Positions 62,435 through 64,000 of a DNA stretch of 64,000 nucleotides are shown here, piece by piece. Made by a program: the position numbers and the translations under genes. The notes under the pieces are model-generated. The model was not told where the DNA came from. It made no database searches and worked only from the letters and a program-made list of their open reading frames with translations. The number at the start of each line of letters is the position of its first letter. Position 1 is the first letter of the stretch. Source of the DNA: an uncultured Imperialibacter sp. (GTDB lineage Bacteria; Bacteroidota; Bacteroidia; Cytophagales; Cyclobacteriaceae); NCBI GenBank assembly GCA_965651695.1, contig CBFGTI010000005.1:2886-66885 (forward strand). Direction: 5' to 3'.

Positions 62435-64000
62435 TTGAGTAGCAGCACTAGTATAAACAACAGCCAGCCCAAAAAAACACTGATCAGCATTCTGATTGTG
62501 CTGGGCATTTTCGTAGGGAACGTTTTGTTTGCCCAAATCCTTCCGGGCACTCCTCTTATCACCAATTACTCTATCGACGATTACCAGGCAGGCTCGCACA
62601 ACTGGTCGGCTGTGCAAGACAAGGAGGGCGTTTTGTATTTTGGCAATCATTTTGGCGTGCTTGCCTACAACGGCACCCACTGGCAATTGATAGCGCAGCC
62701 CGCAAACAAAACTCTCATCCGCTCGCTTGCCATCGACAGCAAAGGAACTATCTACGCTGGTTGTCAAAACGACTTCGGGTTCCTTCAAAAAGGCCACAAC
62801 GGCCAGTTCGCTTTCGTCAGCCTGCTGAATACAGTACCTGAAGATGACCGCAACTTCAGCGATGTCTGGCGCATTGTAGTCACCCCCGAGGCCGTTTATT
62901 TTCACACGGCAACCCGGTTGTTTCGCTACAGCCAGGGGGAAATGTCGGTGCTGAAGGCAAAAAACAATTTCGAGTACATTGCAGCCATCAACGACAAGCT
63001 GTATATAGCCGAGAAAGACCTGGGGCTGCACCTGCTTAACGGCGACACACTCCTAAGCCTCCCCGAAGCCGGCCTGCTGAGGTCGCGGCAAGTCCAGTTT
63101 CTTCTTCCCCTGGCAAAAGACAACCTGCTTGCCGGCACCCTGAATGATGGTCTGTATGTATTCGACGGAAAACAAGTGACCAGATGGGAAACCGAAGCAG
63201 CTGCCGGGCTACGGGAGAACAAAATCAAGTCGGGATACTTAATGAGTAATGGCAATTATGCCATTGGCACTATTCACAACGGCCTGTATGTAATTGATAA
63301 AGAAGGAAAGCTGGTTTTGCACCTGAACGAAGAAAAGGGCCTGCAAGACAATCTCGTTAACTATGTAAAGGAAGACAACACCGGCAATCTGTGGCTGGCC
63401 ACCGACAACGGGATCGATTTTGTTGAAGCCTCCTCGCCTTTTTCGTACCTCGATGGCAAAAGTGGCGTGTCGGGCTCTGTATATGCGGTGTCAGTTGCCG
63501 ACAATAAAATGTTTGCCGGCTCGGCCAAGGGACTGCTCTTTCGGCCTTTGCAAAATATACTGGAAGCAGATTTCGAAGTGTTCCAAAACCTGAGCCAGCC
63601 TACCTGGAGCATCACACCCATCGACAACGAAATAATTGTAGGCAACCACAGTGGCACCTTCAGCATTCGCAACAGCAGCCTCGTGCAACTCACCGACTAC
63701 CCCGGCGGTTGGACTTACCAACTGCTGGAAAACGACGACAGGTATATGATTGGCGGCTACTATTATGGCCTTCTCCTTTTCAAAAAAGTAAATGGCTTTT
63801 GGCAGTTTTCGCACCGGATAGAGAGGTTCGACGAATCTTCGCGCGTGATTGGGCAGGCGAATGATGGCACCATCTGGATTGCACATGGATACAAAGGGGT
63901 TTTTAAGGTCGAATTGGATAAATCACTCCGGAGGGCCGCCAACGTAACGTTCTACGACCAGTCCAAAGGCTTTCCTTCGAACATCTTCATCAGCGTTTTC
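62435..64000 (+). CDS. Two-component-regulator beta-propeller (Y_Y_Y-type) ligand-binding sensor protein, 5' part (runs off the right window edge)
   Basis: Not in the ORF track because there is no stop in the window. The frame is open from 62336 to 64000. The signal/anchor KKTLISILIVLGIFVGNVLFAQ is followed by repeated propeller blades (…GVLYFGNHFGVLAYNG…, …GTIYAGCQNDFGF…, …NLWLATDNGIDFV…, …GTIWIAHGYKGVF…). There is no in-frame ATG before the signal peptide, so the start is probably TTG at 62435 or 62405. Confidence 0.8.
   Translation, partial: MSSSTSINNSQPKKTLISILIVLGIFVGNVLFAQILPGTPLITNYSIDDYQAGSHNWSAVQDKEGVLYFGNHFGVLAYNGTHWQLIAQPANKTLIRSLAIDSKGTIYAGCQNDFGFLQKGHNGQFAFVSLLNTVPEDDRNFSDVWRIVVTPEAVYFHTATRLFRYSQGEMSVLKAKNNFEYIAAINDKLYIAEKDLGLHLLNGDTLLSLPEAGLLRSRQVQFLLPLAKDNLLAGTLNDGLYVFDGKQVTRWETEAAAGLRENKIKSGYLMSNGNYAIGTIHNGLYVIDKEGKLVLHLNEEKGLQDNLVNYVKEDNTGNLWLATDNGIDFVEASSPFSYLDGKSGVSGSVYAVSVADNKMFAGSAKGLLFRPLQNILEADFEVFQNLSQPTWSITPIDNEIIVGNHSGTFSIRNSSLVQLTDYPGGWTYQLLENDDRYMIGGYYYGLLLFKKVNGFWQFSHRIERFDESSRVIGQANDGTIWIAHGYKGVFKVELDKSLRRAANVTFYDQSKGFPSNIFISVF

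Overview
Chromosomal segment with the hallmarks of a Bacteroidota genome, probably Cytophagales-like. Supporting signs are T9SS C-terminal sorting domains, a PorV/PorU-like pair, tight 1-4 nt gene overlaps, little Shine-Dalgarno signal and many TPR/CHAT proteins. I support about 48 protein-coding genes. By eye I found no rRNA, tRNA, CRISPR array, intact IS element or integrase.

Gene content, left to right:
- Membrane AraC regulator, followed by a secreted protein with two HExxH motifs.
- A roughly 0.9 kb non-coding repeat array.
- A Cys/Met PLP enzyme.
- A simple-repeat-rich gap, then a decayed class D beta-lactamase fused to a PIN-toxin remnant.
- A DUF1206 and arginase-family pair.
- An outer-membrane barrel coupled to a secreted TPR-CHAT protease.
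- A run of small general-stress-type genes (YtxH, CsbD, Cys-less ArsC fold, DUF2267, OmpA).
- tamB-tamA, an AI-2E transporter, and DUF748 and AsmA-like proteins.
- A receiver / NtrC-type activator / hybrid kinase cluster with two candidate sigma-54 promoters.
- Mla-type ABC lipid transporter genes (mlaEFD).
- A small detoxification-type group (AraC+SDR, VOC, acetolactate-decarboxylase-like lipoprotein, SRPBCC).
- A PorV-like barrel plus a roughly 1680 aa C25 (PorU-like) peptidase.
- PadR-PspC, NhaA and a LuxR-type HTH.
- An ECF sigma / anti-sigma-like / second TPR-CHAT module.
- A GMC oxidoreductase with a Tat small subunit.
- The 5' part of a beta-propeller (Y_Y_Y-type) sensor.

Best candidates for uncharacterised biology:
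1. The two extracytoplasmic TPR-CHAT modules, one wired to an ECF sigma pair and one to an outer-membrane barrel.
2. The PorV/PorU-like second sortase pair.
3. The sigma-54 circuit next to stress-type small proteins.
4. Several families of short and long repeats, including a 12-mer shared between non-coding DNA and an in-frame coding repeat.

All functional calls come from reading motifs and domain order in the translations. No database search was run.
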